Part shown: piece after piece, positions 19,179 to 27,210 of the stretch
Position numbering within the stretch: the first letter of the stretch is position 1
Layout: each line of letters starts with the position of its first letter
Assembly: GCA_016931955.1 (NCBI GenBank)
Contig: JAFGDV010000004.1
Span: 1-29,519 of the forward strand
Length of the DNA stretch: 29,519 nt
From: Candidatus Altiarchaeota archaeon
Lineage (GTDB): Archaea; Altiarchaeota; Altiarchaeia; IMC4; QMZM01
Reading direction: 5' to 3'
The notes under the pieces: model-generated
Database searches by the model: none
The model's input: the letters and a program-made list of their open reading frames with translations, nothing else
What the model was told of the DNA's origin: nothing
Program-made: the position numbers and the translations under genes

Positions 19179-19317
19179 GTAGCTCAGCTGGTAGAGCGTC
19201 CGACTGTTATCAGCCTTTTAGGAAAAGGCTGGCGAAAACCCCCCCTCAAGGGGGTTGCCGGCTTTTATCCAGATGGCAGACATCGGATGGTCGCAGGTTC
19301 AAGTCCTGTCCGAGGCG
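19173..19317 (+). tRNA. tRNA-Asn(GTT) with 72-nt intron at position 37/38 (exons 19173-19209 and 19282-19317)
   Basis: Acceptor GCCTCGG/CCGAGGC, D arm GCTC..GAGC, anticodon stem TCCGA/TCGGA, loop CTGTTA|A, T arm GCAGG-TTCAAGT-CCTGT; BHB motif (CTGT/GCAG helix, TA|T and AC|A bulges); CCA not encoded. Confidence 0.93.
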
Positions 19318-19447
19318 TAGTAAAACACTGCAACTCCCTTCCGCACAAGTCGATTGGGGTTGAAATAATATACGTGTTTCATAGACTTGAGCGGCTGAAA
19401 AACGTATCCCTTGGAGGTGAATAAGATGCCTGCAAGGGCGGAAGAGT

Positions 19448-19912
19448 TTATTTCTTGACTTTTATCGTTTCCAGTAACCTGCCCATCCTCCCAACGAATT
19501 CCCTTGCAGTCCCCAGTGCATTTTCAGCTTCCTCCTCCGTCGTAAAGAAGCTGATGCTATACTGGTCCTCATGCCTTAATTCCCTGTAATGATCCAAGAG
19601 TTCAACCCACTTGCTCTCCAATAAGTTCTTCTTAACGTACCTATCTTGGAGATATCTTGCTATGCAGAAGTGGCTTTTCTCTCTGAAGCCATCAAAGAAA
19701 AGTATCGCCCTTGCGGAATGGAACATTGCAAGATAAGATGATAGAATAGACGAATTGAACGTTCCTGCTCTCAAATCCTTTTCAGCATCGCCCAACCATC
19801 TCCTAGCAGCATTTATACTGTCTTCTGCTTTTTTCTTTGAGGGTGGTATTCTCCGGAGCAAACCAGAACTCAAACAATCCTTTAGATTAGATACCCTCAA
19901 TTCCCTCACCAT
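19448..19912 (-). CDS. HEPN-domain toxin (DUF86/SaV_6107-like)
   Basis: YLAMFHSARAIL...G.REKSH, RELRHEDQY; directly downstream of an MNT gene; exact start uncertain. Confidence 0.85.
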   Translation of the reverse strand: MVRELRVSNLKDCLSSGLLRRIPPSKKKAEDSINAARRWLGDAEKDLRAGTFNSSILSSYLAMFHSARAILFFDGFREKSHFCIARYLQDRYVKKNLLESKWVELLDHYRELRHEDQYSISFFTTEEEAENALGTAREFVGRMGRLLETIKVKK

Positions 19913-20429
19913 ACACAGTTATCGAACCAAAAACAAGAGAATGGTAAAATACCATATCATCCTTTTTTAATGTTTTAATTTTGTCCTCTGTAAGATACAA
20001 AGGTCTTACGTTCCCATACCTCCTCTTTAATTCATTCGTCAGTTTTGCAAGATCCACATCATCCGTTTTCTCAATAAATATCCACAAATCCATATCGGAC
20101 TCTTCCGTGTTCATGCCTCTGACAAAGCTACCATATAACCCAGCACCCCTCACGAATCCATATCTTCTGAACACCCGGTGGTCGATACTGCTCAGGTTCA
20201 GCAGCATCTTAAGGGACCTCACATATACGTTATCAAGAACACCGAATTCACCGTTCAGCCTCCTTAAAATCCCGTTCTTGATAAGCAAAGCGAAGTACTT
20301 GGAGACCATGCCCTTACTCAGTTTTGTTTCGCTGGCAACTTCATTCACGCCTAACGATTCGATTCTGTAAATAACTCTTTTGAGTATCTCCACCCTTTCC
20401 TTCGTTGAAAGCAAAGTTTCTAAGTTCAC
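19887..20429 (-). CDS. wHTH-MNT nucleotidyltransferase antitoxin
   Basis: N-terminal HTH (VNEVASETKLSKGMVSKY); LYGSFVRG....SDMDL Pol-beta motif. Confidence 0.88.
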   Translation of the reverse strand: MNLETLLSTKERVEILKRVIYRIESLGVNEVASETKLSKGMVSKYFALLIKNGILRRLNGEFGVLDNVYVRSLKMLLNLSSIDHRVFRRYGFVRGAGLYGSFVRGMNTEESDMDLWIFIEKTDDVDLAKLTNELKRRYGNVRPLYLTEDKIKTLKKDDMVFYHSLVFGSITVYGEGIEGI

Positions 20430-20484
20430 GATTTATATATATGTTGTTCATGATTTATAAACTCTTTGTTCACGTTATGGAAAC
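20424..20484. promoter_or_regulatory. Three operator-like repeats GTTCAYGWT.. spaced 22 bp apart, over the MNT start and promoter
   Basis: GTTCACGATTTATA 20424, GTTCATGATTTATAAAC 20446, GTTCACGTTATGGAAAC 20468. Confidence 0.7.
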
Positions 20485-20627
20485 ATCAGCTTCAGCGTCT
20501 TCTCTCTCGACCCTTTGTTCCTGTAAGCCGCCGGGTTGTTCTGGTGTATCATACCTTACAGTTTAGTTTATGGGTTTGGCAGGGCATTATCCTCTGCCAG
20601 CCAGTCATCCCTGTTTTCCTGTTTTGG
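20477..20627. repeat. Degenerate direct repeat copy A (paralog of 22331-22469)
   Basis: Shared blocks TTGTTCCTGTAAGCCG, TTGTTCTGGTG, TGGGTTTGGCAG, CTGTTTTC.TGTTTTGG. Confidence 0.85.
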
Positions 20628-20671
20628 ACTCGACGGCTTTTTATTCTCTGGTTCACTATCCCTTTTTATAG

Positions 20672-20739
20672 GACAAATGCACCAGTGATACACACATAGG
20701 GGATACGTGGTCGATCTGTTTTCTTGTCCAAAGGCGTGT
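20672..20739. repeat. Degenerate direct repeat copy A' (paralog of 29418-29483)
   Basis: Identical 18-mer GGGGATACGTGGTCGATC plus alignable flanks. Confidence 0.8.
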
Positions 20740-20792
20740 TCTAATAAGGGCTCTTGCATCTTTACGTTATATCTCCCAAGATTTATATCTTA

Positions 20793-21563
20793 CTAATGGA
20801 GATCAGAGATATGCTGTTTGTTGGGCCTTATTTTTGCAAGTATGTTTTTTTCGGTTTCTTTCAGGTCTGGGAGTGATGGCACTAGGGGTTGCAGTTCGGT
20901 TTTCCATGCTTTTTCTGTTATGTTGAGTTTTTTTCTGAAGTTTTTCGGATCCCATCCCTTGCCGTAGTACTTCATCTTTTCTTTGGCGAGTTTTTTGTCG
21001 AATCCGATGCCTTTCGTTAGTAGGAATTGTAGGTCGTAGATGTCTCTGGCTTTGTTTCTCGTTAATATTGCCCTGATTTTTTCTGCTAGTATCTCTTTTT
21101 CCTGCATTACGTAGACGTCGAATGAGGGTATTTCGTTGAGGAATCTGCCGATTGTTTTCACTTGAGGCGGCAGGATGACGTTTTCTCTGAAGCTGAGGTC
21201 GACTATGAATTTGCAGAGCGTCTGACGTATTCCTGTATAAAGGGGTCCATGTAGTCGGTAGATTGTTTTGATGCCGTTGGGGTATTTTTCGGCTTCTTTT
21301 TCGTATTCTATTCCGAACCTCTTTAAGCCGCGGTCAAGGATTTTGGTGTCTGTTTTTTCTGTTGAGGTGAAGTCCAAGTCTTCGCTGAATCGGTCGAGGC
21401 CGTAGCATTTCTTCAGTGCCGTGCCTCCTTTGAAGATCAGTTCTTTTCCGTATTCCTGATACAGGACGAACAAGGCTATGCTTTGGAAGTAGTCTTTCTC
21501 TGCTTGTCCGAGGTTTAGGCGGGTTGTTTTCGCGTATTCCTGCAGTTCTTTTTTTGTTATCAT
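20793..21563 (-). CDS. AbiEii-family nucleotidyltransferase toxin (type IV TA)
   Basis: EKDY, FKGGTAL..CY...RFSEDLDF, AEKIRA..R.KARDIYD; start set at the ATG overlapping the AbiEi stop. Confidence 0.92.
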   Translation of the reverse strand: MITKKELQEYAKTTRLNLGQAEKDYFQSIALFVLYQEYGKELIFKGGTALKKCYGLDRFSEDLDFTSTEKTDTKILDRGLKRFGIEYEKEAEKYPNGIKTIYRLHGPLYTGIRQTLCKFIVDLSFRENVILPPQVKTIGRFLNEIPSFDVYVMQEKEILAEKIRAILTRNKARDIYDLQFLLTKGIGFDKKLAKEKMKYYGKGWDPKNFRKKLNITEKAWKTELQPLVPSLPDLKETEKNILAKIRPNKQHISDLH

Positions 21564-22243
21564 GTCTTCACCCTCCACTTGGCATTTGATTTAATTCCCT
21601 CAGAGAATGGATCCAGTGATACATAATTTCTGTCGAGCCGGAATTTTTTAGAGATATCGATTCCCTTAGCCTCTTCAAGCAGGTAGCCGGACCTTTTTGT
21701 GACCGCCTGTTTGTTTACTCTCTTTAGGTATTCGACCAGTTTTTCCGCGGATAGGTCGGCTTTTTTGAATATGTTCCGTATTTCGTCGATGTTGCCTGCT
21801 TTTTCGGGTCGTAGGAGGCAGTCTATTGCGAGTTTTTCGTCTTCTGAGATGAACAGTTCTCCCTCATCTGTCCTGATTTTCCGGTATCCGAAGAAGTGTT
21901 TAATGGGTATGAACTCTATCCTGTATCCCTCAAATTGGATGGGAAGTATCCTTCTTCTCGTGGCTACGTGTACTGTTTTGAGTATCTGCTCCGTGTATCC
22001 CAGGAAGGCGGACGCAGACCAGAAGGATATGTATGAAGGGTATGTTATGTTGCTTGCTATGAGGTGTATGTCTGTTTTTGTCGTGTATGCGTTTCTCCTC
22101 ACTTTTTTTATTAGTTTTTTTGCTTTCAGCCTCTGTATCATCTGTTTTGCATTTTGTCTGCTGTGTCCTGTTAGCCGTTCCACGTCCTGGATCCTGAAGA
22201 CCGGCTTTGCGCGTAGTCTGTCAAGCAGTTCGATGTTTTTCAT
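21560..22243 (-). CDS. AbiEi-family antitoxin / wHTH regulator
   Basis: N-terminal wHTH, PSYISFWSA..F.G.TEQI, EK...DCL, KRSGYLLE; coupled to AbiEii. Confidence 0.88.
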   Translation of the reverse strand: MKNIELLDRLRAKPVFRIQDVERLTGHSRQNAKQMIQRLKAKKLIKKVRRNAYTTKTDIHLIASNITYPSYISFWSASAFLGYTEQILKTVHVATRRRILPIQFEGYRIEFIPIKHFFGYRKIRTDEGELFISEDEKLAIDCLLRPEKAGNIDEIRNIFKKADLSAEKLVEYLKRVNKQAVTKRSGYLLEEAKGIDISKKFRLDRNYVSLDPFSEGIKSNAKWRVKT

Positions 22244-22298
22244 GTTACAGTAACATATTTCTTATTTTAAGTATAAAAAGTATACTATTTAGTATACC
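22242..22298. promoter_or_regulatory. Two inverted repeats in the AbiE promoter
   Basis: ATGTTAC-A-GTAACAT 22242-22256; GTATACTA-TTT-TAGTATAC 22280-22298. Confidence 0.65.
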
Positions 22299-22330
22299 TT
22301 CAAGCCAGTAAAAAAGAAAAAGGCCCTCAC

Positions 22331-22469
22331 ATGGAGATATCTTCACGTCTCGATTCCCTTGTTCCTGTAAGCCGTCCGTTTGTTCTGGTGAGGTATCCTT
22401 CACAGATTGGTTTCTGGGTTTGGCAGAGTATATCTCAACTAGCCCATCATCTCTGTTTTCTTGTTTTGG
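22331..22469. repeat. Degenerate direct repeat copy B (paralog of 20477-20627)
   Basis: Manual alignment to copy A. Confidence 0.85.
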
Positions 22470-22634
22470 GGTTGAAGACTTCTATTTTTGAGCGTTTTTT
22501 TTGGAGGCAGATAATAGGTGGTGTTTCATTCTCCTGTTTTTTATTCCCCTGTTTGTTGGAATTGTGGTGGCTGGGAAAGTATATATAATCAAACTATCTA
22601 ATCATTTATAGAATCCTATGTGAGGTGGCTTTGA

Positions 22635-23375
22635 ATGGCTGTTAATCGCGTTAAGTCAGGTATCTCTGGTTTAGATGAGTTGATTCAGGGTGGTTTTCCT
22701 GAAGGTTCTTCAGTCCTTGTTACTGGCTCTCCAGGTACAGGGAAAACGATTTTTGGTTTGCAGTTCCTCGTTGAAGGAGCGAAAAACAACGAACCTGGAA
22801 TCTATCTGACCTTCGAGGAAACCAAGAAAAAGGTCTTAGATCAGGGCGAACAATTTGGCTGGGATCTTGGAAAATTGGAGAAAGAAGGTAAGCTGATTAT
22901 TAACTCTGTTAGTGATGCCGACATTGGTGAGATATTAAAGAATTTGTCGGATGAGACCAAGAAGATCAAGGCTAAAAGGCTCGTCATAGATTCTCTTTCC
23001 ACTCTTTTGGAGTCGGCTCGTCGTTATACTTCCAAGCTTCAGAAGGAAGTACACAAGCTTGGTAAGGGGGAGCATGGTATATGCTTGCCTGAGCCGATGG
23101 AGAAGGTTACTCGTGAGGATGTCTTCTATATCATCCGTGAGATAAACAAGCTTGAACTAACAACGTTAATGATATCCGAGGCTCCTAAGGAGGGGGACTA
23201 TCTTTCAAGAGATACGATTTCAGAGTTTGTCTGCGATGGTGTTATCGAATTAAAGGCGATAGGGGGTATAGGTAAGAGAACGTTAACGATCAGTAAGTTG
23301 CGATCTACCCAACACAACATTACTTCCTTGGATATGGGGATCACAGATAAGGGCATAGCTATTGAAGCAACGTAG
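22635..23375 (+). CDS. Single-domain KaiC/RAD55-like ATPase 1
   Basis: RVKSGISGLDELIQGG.P, GSPGTGKT, TFEE, RLVIDS, CDGVI, KLR finger; RBS GAGGTGG. Confidence 0.92.
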   Translation: MAVNRVKSGISGLDELIQGGFPEGSSVLVTGSPGTGKTIFGLQFLVEGAKNNEPGIYLTFEETKKKVLDQGEQFGWDLGKLEKEGKLIINSVSDADIGEILKNLSDETKKIKAKRLVIDSLSTLLESARRYTSKLQKEVHKLGKGEHGICLPEPMEKVTREDVFYIIREINKLELTTLMISEAPKEGDYLSRDTISEFVCDGVIELKAIGGIGKRTLTISKLRSTQHNITSLDMGITDKGIAIEAT

Positions 23376-23387
23376 TTTTGATTAATC

Positions 23388-24128
23388 ATGGAAAGAACCA
23401 ATACAGGGATTAAAGGACTTGATAAGTTATTAGGTGGGGGAATACCTAAAAATCACTTGGTACTTTTAACAGGACAGACAGGAGCAGGCAAGACCATTCT
23501 TGGACTTCAATACTTAATAAAAGGAGCAATAGATTATGGTGAAAAAGGAATTTACATAAGCTTTGAGCAGGGGAAAGAAGATATCCTCCTACAAGCAAAG
23601 CAGTTGGGGTGGGATGTAGAGGATCTTGAAAAAAAAGAATTGGTTAAGGTTCTCACCTTCAAACCAGGGAAAACACATCTTACAGTGATAACAGAAAATC
23701 TTGAAGAAAATGTTAAGAAATTCAACCCAGAAAGATTAGTTTTTGACTCAATCTCTACGTATGGCATCTACGCTGAAACTTTCAGCTTTTTTGAGATGGC
23801 AATGGACTTGGGGCTGAATAAAGAGAAAGTCAATTTTGGTTTGACTCCAGAATCAGCCACAAGAAAAACTATAATGAATATAATGGAAAAGATAAAATCT
23901 TTTAATGTAACCTCTTTAGTAATTTCAGAACTCCCAGAAACAACGAGTTATCTCAGCAGAGACACGATTTCGGAGTTCATCGCTGATGGTGTTATAATCC
24001 TAAAACATGTGCCAATAGGTAATAATCTTAATAGGAGCATTGAAGTACGGAAAATGAGATGCACTGAGATGGGAGAAGGAACCTATTCTTACACTATAAC
24101 TAAAAAAGGTATTGTGGTGGAGGGATAA
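23388..24128 (+). CDS. Single-domain KaiC/RAD55-like ATPase 2
   Basis: TGIKGLDKLLGGGIP, GQTGAGKT, SFEQ, RLVFDS, ADGVI, KMR finger. Confidence 0.92.
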   Translation: MERTNTGIKGLDKLLGGGIPKNHLVLLTGQTGAGKTILGLQYLIKGAIDYGEKGIYISFEQGKEDILLQAKQLGWDVEDLEKKELVKVLTFKPGKTHLTVITENLEENVKKFNPERLVFDSISTYGIYAETFSFFEMAMDLGLNKEKVNFGLTPESATRKTIMNIMEKIKSFNVTSLVISELPETTSYLSRDTISEFIADGVIILKHVPIGNNLNRSIEVRKMRCTEMGEGTYSYTITKKGIVVEG

Positions 24129-25264
24129 TGGACTTGAAGGATAGCGCACTCAGGTTTTATGTGAAGGGATATATTATACCAAGAGCTCTTATTTTCGACA
24201 AGCCAGGTTTCGTTGATTTTAGGATATCTGGGAAAACCGAAATTTTTGCAAGACAACTTATCCTCCCAGAAAGTTTTTTTGTGAAACTGGAACAAAATTT
24301 AATCGAAAAATTTGGTGAATCTGCTGAAAGAATGATGTATTCTCTCGGTAAAAGATTTGGATATAGTTTTGCCCAACAAGGAAGATTTGAAAATACTAAA
24401 GATCATCCTGGAGATAAAGTGAAAAATTGGATTGTTGTGGCAAGTAAATTCGTTGAAGGAACTTACGCTAGTAATATCTCTCAGACAATAGATGTAAAAA
24501 AGAAAATTGTAGATTATACCCTGAAGAACTTTGTCGTATGTAGGAAATTAGGATATGACTTCTTCTTCGCTACAGGTGGCGCAGCAGGTCTTATTGCATG
24601 GATTCTGCAAGATCCAAAAATAGAGGGGCGACTATATGACAGCAAATTTAATGAAGAAGAACATGTTTGCAAAGTTAAATGTGCACCGATGGAAATATTA
24701 AAAGAATCATTTGAGGATAGACTTTACGTTGAGACTAACCTTGGTGGTTTAGAGCAAGATCCTGCGACATACCGAGATTTCAACCGTGAAGTAGATATCC
24801 AATGGAAAAAATCATTCCAGACTTTCTTGGATGCTAAAATATTCAACTATGCCGGCGGTATAATATCCTATAAAAATGAGCGTTTTTTCCTTATGGAAGT
24901 GAGTGGCGTGTACCTATTGGAAAAGGGGATGGAAACCGAAGATATGAAAAAAATAATGTTTGATTCAGCGTTTTCTGTGGGAAAAGAGATATTTAGTGAC
25001 ATAGGAAAAAACGATGTTTTGAGTATCATGGAGTTGCTTTCAGCTTTGGGTTGGGGTGAGGTCTCTATATATCCCTCATCCAAAACGAAGGTTATAATGA
25101 CCCATTTTCCTTGGACAAAATATTATAAAGACGTGGAGTATATACTCATCAGGGGACTGCTTTCCGGGATTATCTCAAGAATATACGGTAAAGATATCAT
25201 CTATGGAAAGCCCGGTTTGGATATATCAACTGGTCATTTATCCCTGATTTTTGAGCCGAATTAA
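24128..25264 (+). CDS. Tandem V4R-like (XylR-N/4VR fold) ligand-binding protein
   Basis: Two repeats of R..L.P/E...L...(Y/F)..G...G, LSALGWG, G..(A/S)G(L/I)I patterns typical of V4R proteins; most Zn-binding cysteines missing. Confidence 0.6.
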   Translation: MDLKDSALRFYVKGYIIPRALIFDKPGFVDFRISGKTEIFARQLILPESFFVKLEQNLIEKFGESAERMMYSLGKRFGYSFAQQGRFENTKDHPGDKVKNWIVVASKFVEGTYASNISQTIDVKKKIVDYTLKNFVVCRKLGYDFFFATGGAAGLIAWILQDPKIEGRLYDSKFNEEEHVCKVKCAPMEILKESFEDRLYVETNLGGLEQDPATYRDFNREVDIQWKKSFQTFLDAKIFNYAGGIISYKNERFFLMEVSGVYLLEKGMETEDMKKIMFDSAFSVGKEIFSDIGKNDVLSIMELLSALGWGEVSIYPSSKTKVIMTHFPWTKYYKDVEYILIRGLLSGIISRIYGKDIIYGKPGLDISTGHLSLIFEPN

Positions 25265-25265
25265 A

Positions 25266-26048
25266 ATGAAAAAAATAGGGCCTGTGGAAAGGAAGATATA
25301 CGAACTAAGACAAGAACACCCATTTGTTATACCCCAAGTTGATCCTGATAAATTTAACTCTGATACAGTTACTGAACTTTTCAGTGATATCAGAGAGATG
25401 GGCATAAACCATATTGCAGTAGGAGGAACAATACTCGATATGACCTCTTTTCAAAAAATCGTTGACATAGCGGTCAAAGATTTTGATTTCACTCTCGTTA
25501 CATATATGACAAATACTGCTATTGGTCTTCTTCAAGGTTACTCCAAGAAAACAGCCGTTTATTGGATGACTGTTCTGAATTCAGAAAATCCCTTTTATCT
25601 GAGGGATTCACTGATTATGTGCTCCATTGCAGTATCACTCCACGATTTTGAACCGCTTCCGACAGCATACGTTTTTGATGACCGTGGTTCTTTCATGGCG
25701 GCTAATTGGCTTGCCCGCGTGGTTCCTGTGCCTCGGGAGGAGCAGTCGATTAGTCTATCTATCGCATTGGCAGCTGAATTTTCAGGTTCCAGGTTTTATA
25801 TTATGGCGGGGGGTTCTGAGAGTAAACTCCACCCCCCCGCAGACCATGTGAGATTATTAACAAAGGAAACAGACTTATTTGTTATCCCTACAAGTGGAAT
25901 TAGAACGCTAAAACATGCAGAGGAAATGTTTGAGGCCGGTGCGGATGCCATACATGTCGGAAGATTGATTGAGGATAAAAAAGGCTTAGACATATTATCT
26001 AAGATTGTTAAATCATCGAAAAAGTATCCTGGTAAAGAGTTTTTATGA
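25266..26048 (+). CDS. Divergent GGGP/HepGP synthase (PcrB-family TIM barrel) paralog
   Basis: VDPDK, AVGGT, LNSENP, EPLPTAY, ALAAE, GIRT, AGAD match group II GGGPS; YLEAGSG reads YIMAGGS and GGGIR reads TSGIR. Confidence 0.82.
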   Translation: MKKIGPVERKIYELRQEHPFVIPQVDPDKFNSDTVTELFSDIREMGINHIAVGGTILDMTSFQKIVDIAVKDFDFTLVTYMTNTAIGLLQGYSKKTAVYWMTVLNSENPFYLRDSLIMCSIAVSLHDFEPLPTAYVFDDRGSFMAANWLARVVPVPREEQSISLSIALAAEFSGSRFYIMAGGSESKLHPPADHVRLLTKETDLFVIPTSGIRTLKHAEEMFEAGADAIHVGRLIEDKKGLDILSKIVKSSKKYPGKEFL

Positions 26049-26752
26049 AAAAATCAGTTCTCTGGAAGAAGATACGTGACATAGAGTATATTGTCTTTGA
26101 CTTTGATGGCTCTATTTACCCATGCATCCTCTTACTTGACTTGGCCCTAGACTTCTTTTATTCTTATAGTGGAGAAAAGGGGGAGTTTATGGCAGAAAAA
26201 CGCTCGAGACTCCTTAGTTTGATTGGTGAAAAAAACAAAAAAAGTTTTTATGAGCTTTCGTTAGAGTTTGCCTCTGTTCTTGAAGGGATTCCATGCGTTG
26301 AATTCAACAAAAAAATCCCTGTTTTTCTGCAGAATTGTTATCCAAATGCCTTAAAGTTTATTAATGCCTTAAAGAAGCGGGGGAAAAAATGTTTTCTTGT
26401 TTCTTTGACTTCTGAGGCAGTTTCTAGAGAGGCTATGCAGATGTTCGGTTTTGATGGCTACTGGTGTAGGACACTAAGAAAGACAATAAAAGAAGGAGTT
26501 GAGTTCTTTGATGGAAATTATGTTGACAACATTAATGATCTTACCGAATTCAAAGCTAGGTGCTTAGATGAATTCAAAATCCGAGATGAAGTTTTTGGTA
26601 TGGTAGGAAATGATGTAGAGGATGTTCTATTGTTTGAATCGGCCTATCTAAAAGTTGGTGTTAATCCAACAAAAGAATTAATGGATGAGGTCGATTTGGA
26701 TTTTGTTTTGGTTGACAGAAAAGATCCGTGGAGTAAATGCATTGATTTTTAG
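26045..26752 (+). CDS. HAD-superfamily phosphatase (SerB-like)
   Basis: Motif I FDFDGS, motif II LVS, Lys in FKAR, motif IV GNDVED, VNP; ATGA overlap with the upstream gene. Confidence 0.85.
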   Translation: MKKSVLWKKIRDIEYIVFDFDGSIYPCILLLDLALDFFYSYSGEKGEFMAEKRSRLLSLIGEKNKKSFYELSLEFASVLEGIPCVEFNKKIPVFLQNCYPNALKFINALKKRGKKCFLVSLTSEAVSREAMQMFGFDGYWCRTLRKTIKEGVEFFDGNYVDNINDLTEFKARCLDEFKIRDEVFGMVGNDVEDVLLFESAYLKVGVNPTKELMDEVDLDFVLVDRKDPWSKCIDF

Positions 26753-26772
26753 CAGAACCGAACTAAATAACT

Positions 26773-27060
26773 ATGAAGTTAATAGTCTTTGTTTTTATAT
26801 CCCTTGTTGGGGCTTATTTGGGAGATTTTTTTAGTTGGTTTTTGTTTTTTTATGTCTATATACCTTATTGTTGGTGGTTTTTTATGTCGGAGGATTTTAG
26901 GGGTTTTTTGATTTTGTTTTTGGTCGGCTGTTTCATTGCATTCATGTGGTTTGGCGGTTTTGTTAGGGGCTCTTTTATCGAGTTTGTTGTTGGAAGTTTC
27001 CTGCTTTTTTCAGGCATTCTAATGTATCTGATTTATGAACACATCTATGACCCTAGGTGA
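26773..27060 (+). CDS. Small hydrophobic membrane protein (true start may be ATG 26884)
   Basis: Phe/Leu/Gly-rich putative TM segments; GGTGG before ATG 26884; T-rich DNA makes a spurious ORF possible. Confidence 0.45.
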   Translation: MKLIVFVFISLVGAYLGDFFSWFLFFYVYIPYCWWFFMSEDFRGFLILFLVGCFIAFMWFGGFVRGSFIEFVVGSFLLFSGILMYLIYEHIYDPR

Positions 27061-27210
27061 CCCCCTCTTAAAACTCTTTATACTCTCTTCCACCAACATA
27101 AAAACACGTCCATAGACGTTATTTAATCTCTCACCCATCCTAAAGGAACACAGGATAAAACAGCCAAGAAGATGATATGTGATATATTCTCTGGTGTGTA
27201 AGATTATTTT

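Noticed and set aside
19163-19363. 66-aa ORF
   Set aside because: Overlaps the tRNA-Asn gene and its intron.
22370-22430. Endonuclease III-like Fe-S motif remnant (LCQTQKPICEGY) in a minus frame of the repeat
   Set aside because: Only two of four cysteines, surrounded by stops, and not the frame favoured by synonymous changes.
20466-22588. Plus-strand ORFs 20466-20699 and 22331-22588 as paralogous membrane peptides
   Set aside because: The similarity comes from the DNA repeat; frames diverge midway and many substitutions hit first codon positions.
22635-24128. Circadian clock (kaiABC)
   Set aside because: Single-domain proteins, no KaiA/KaiB in the window, and the ST phospho-site position reads EF.
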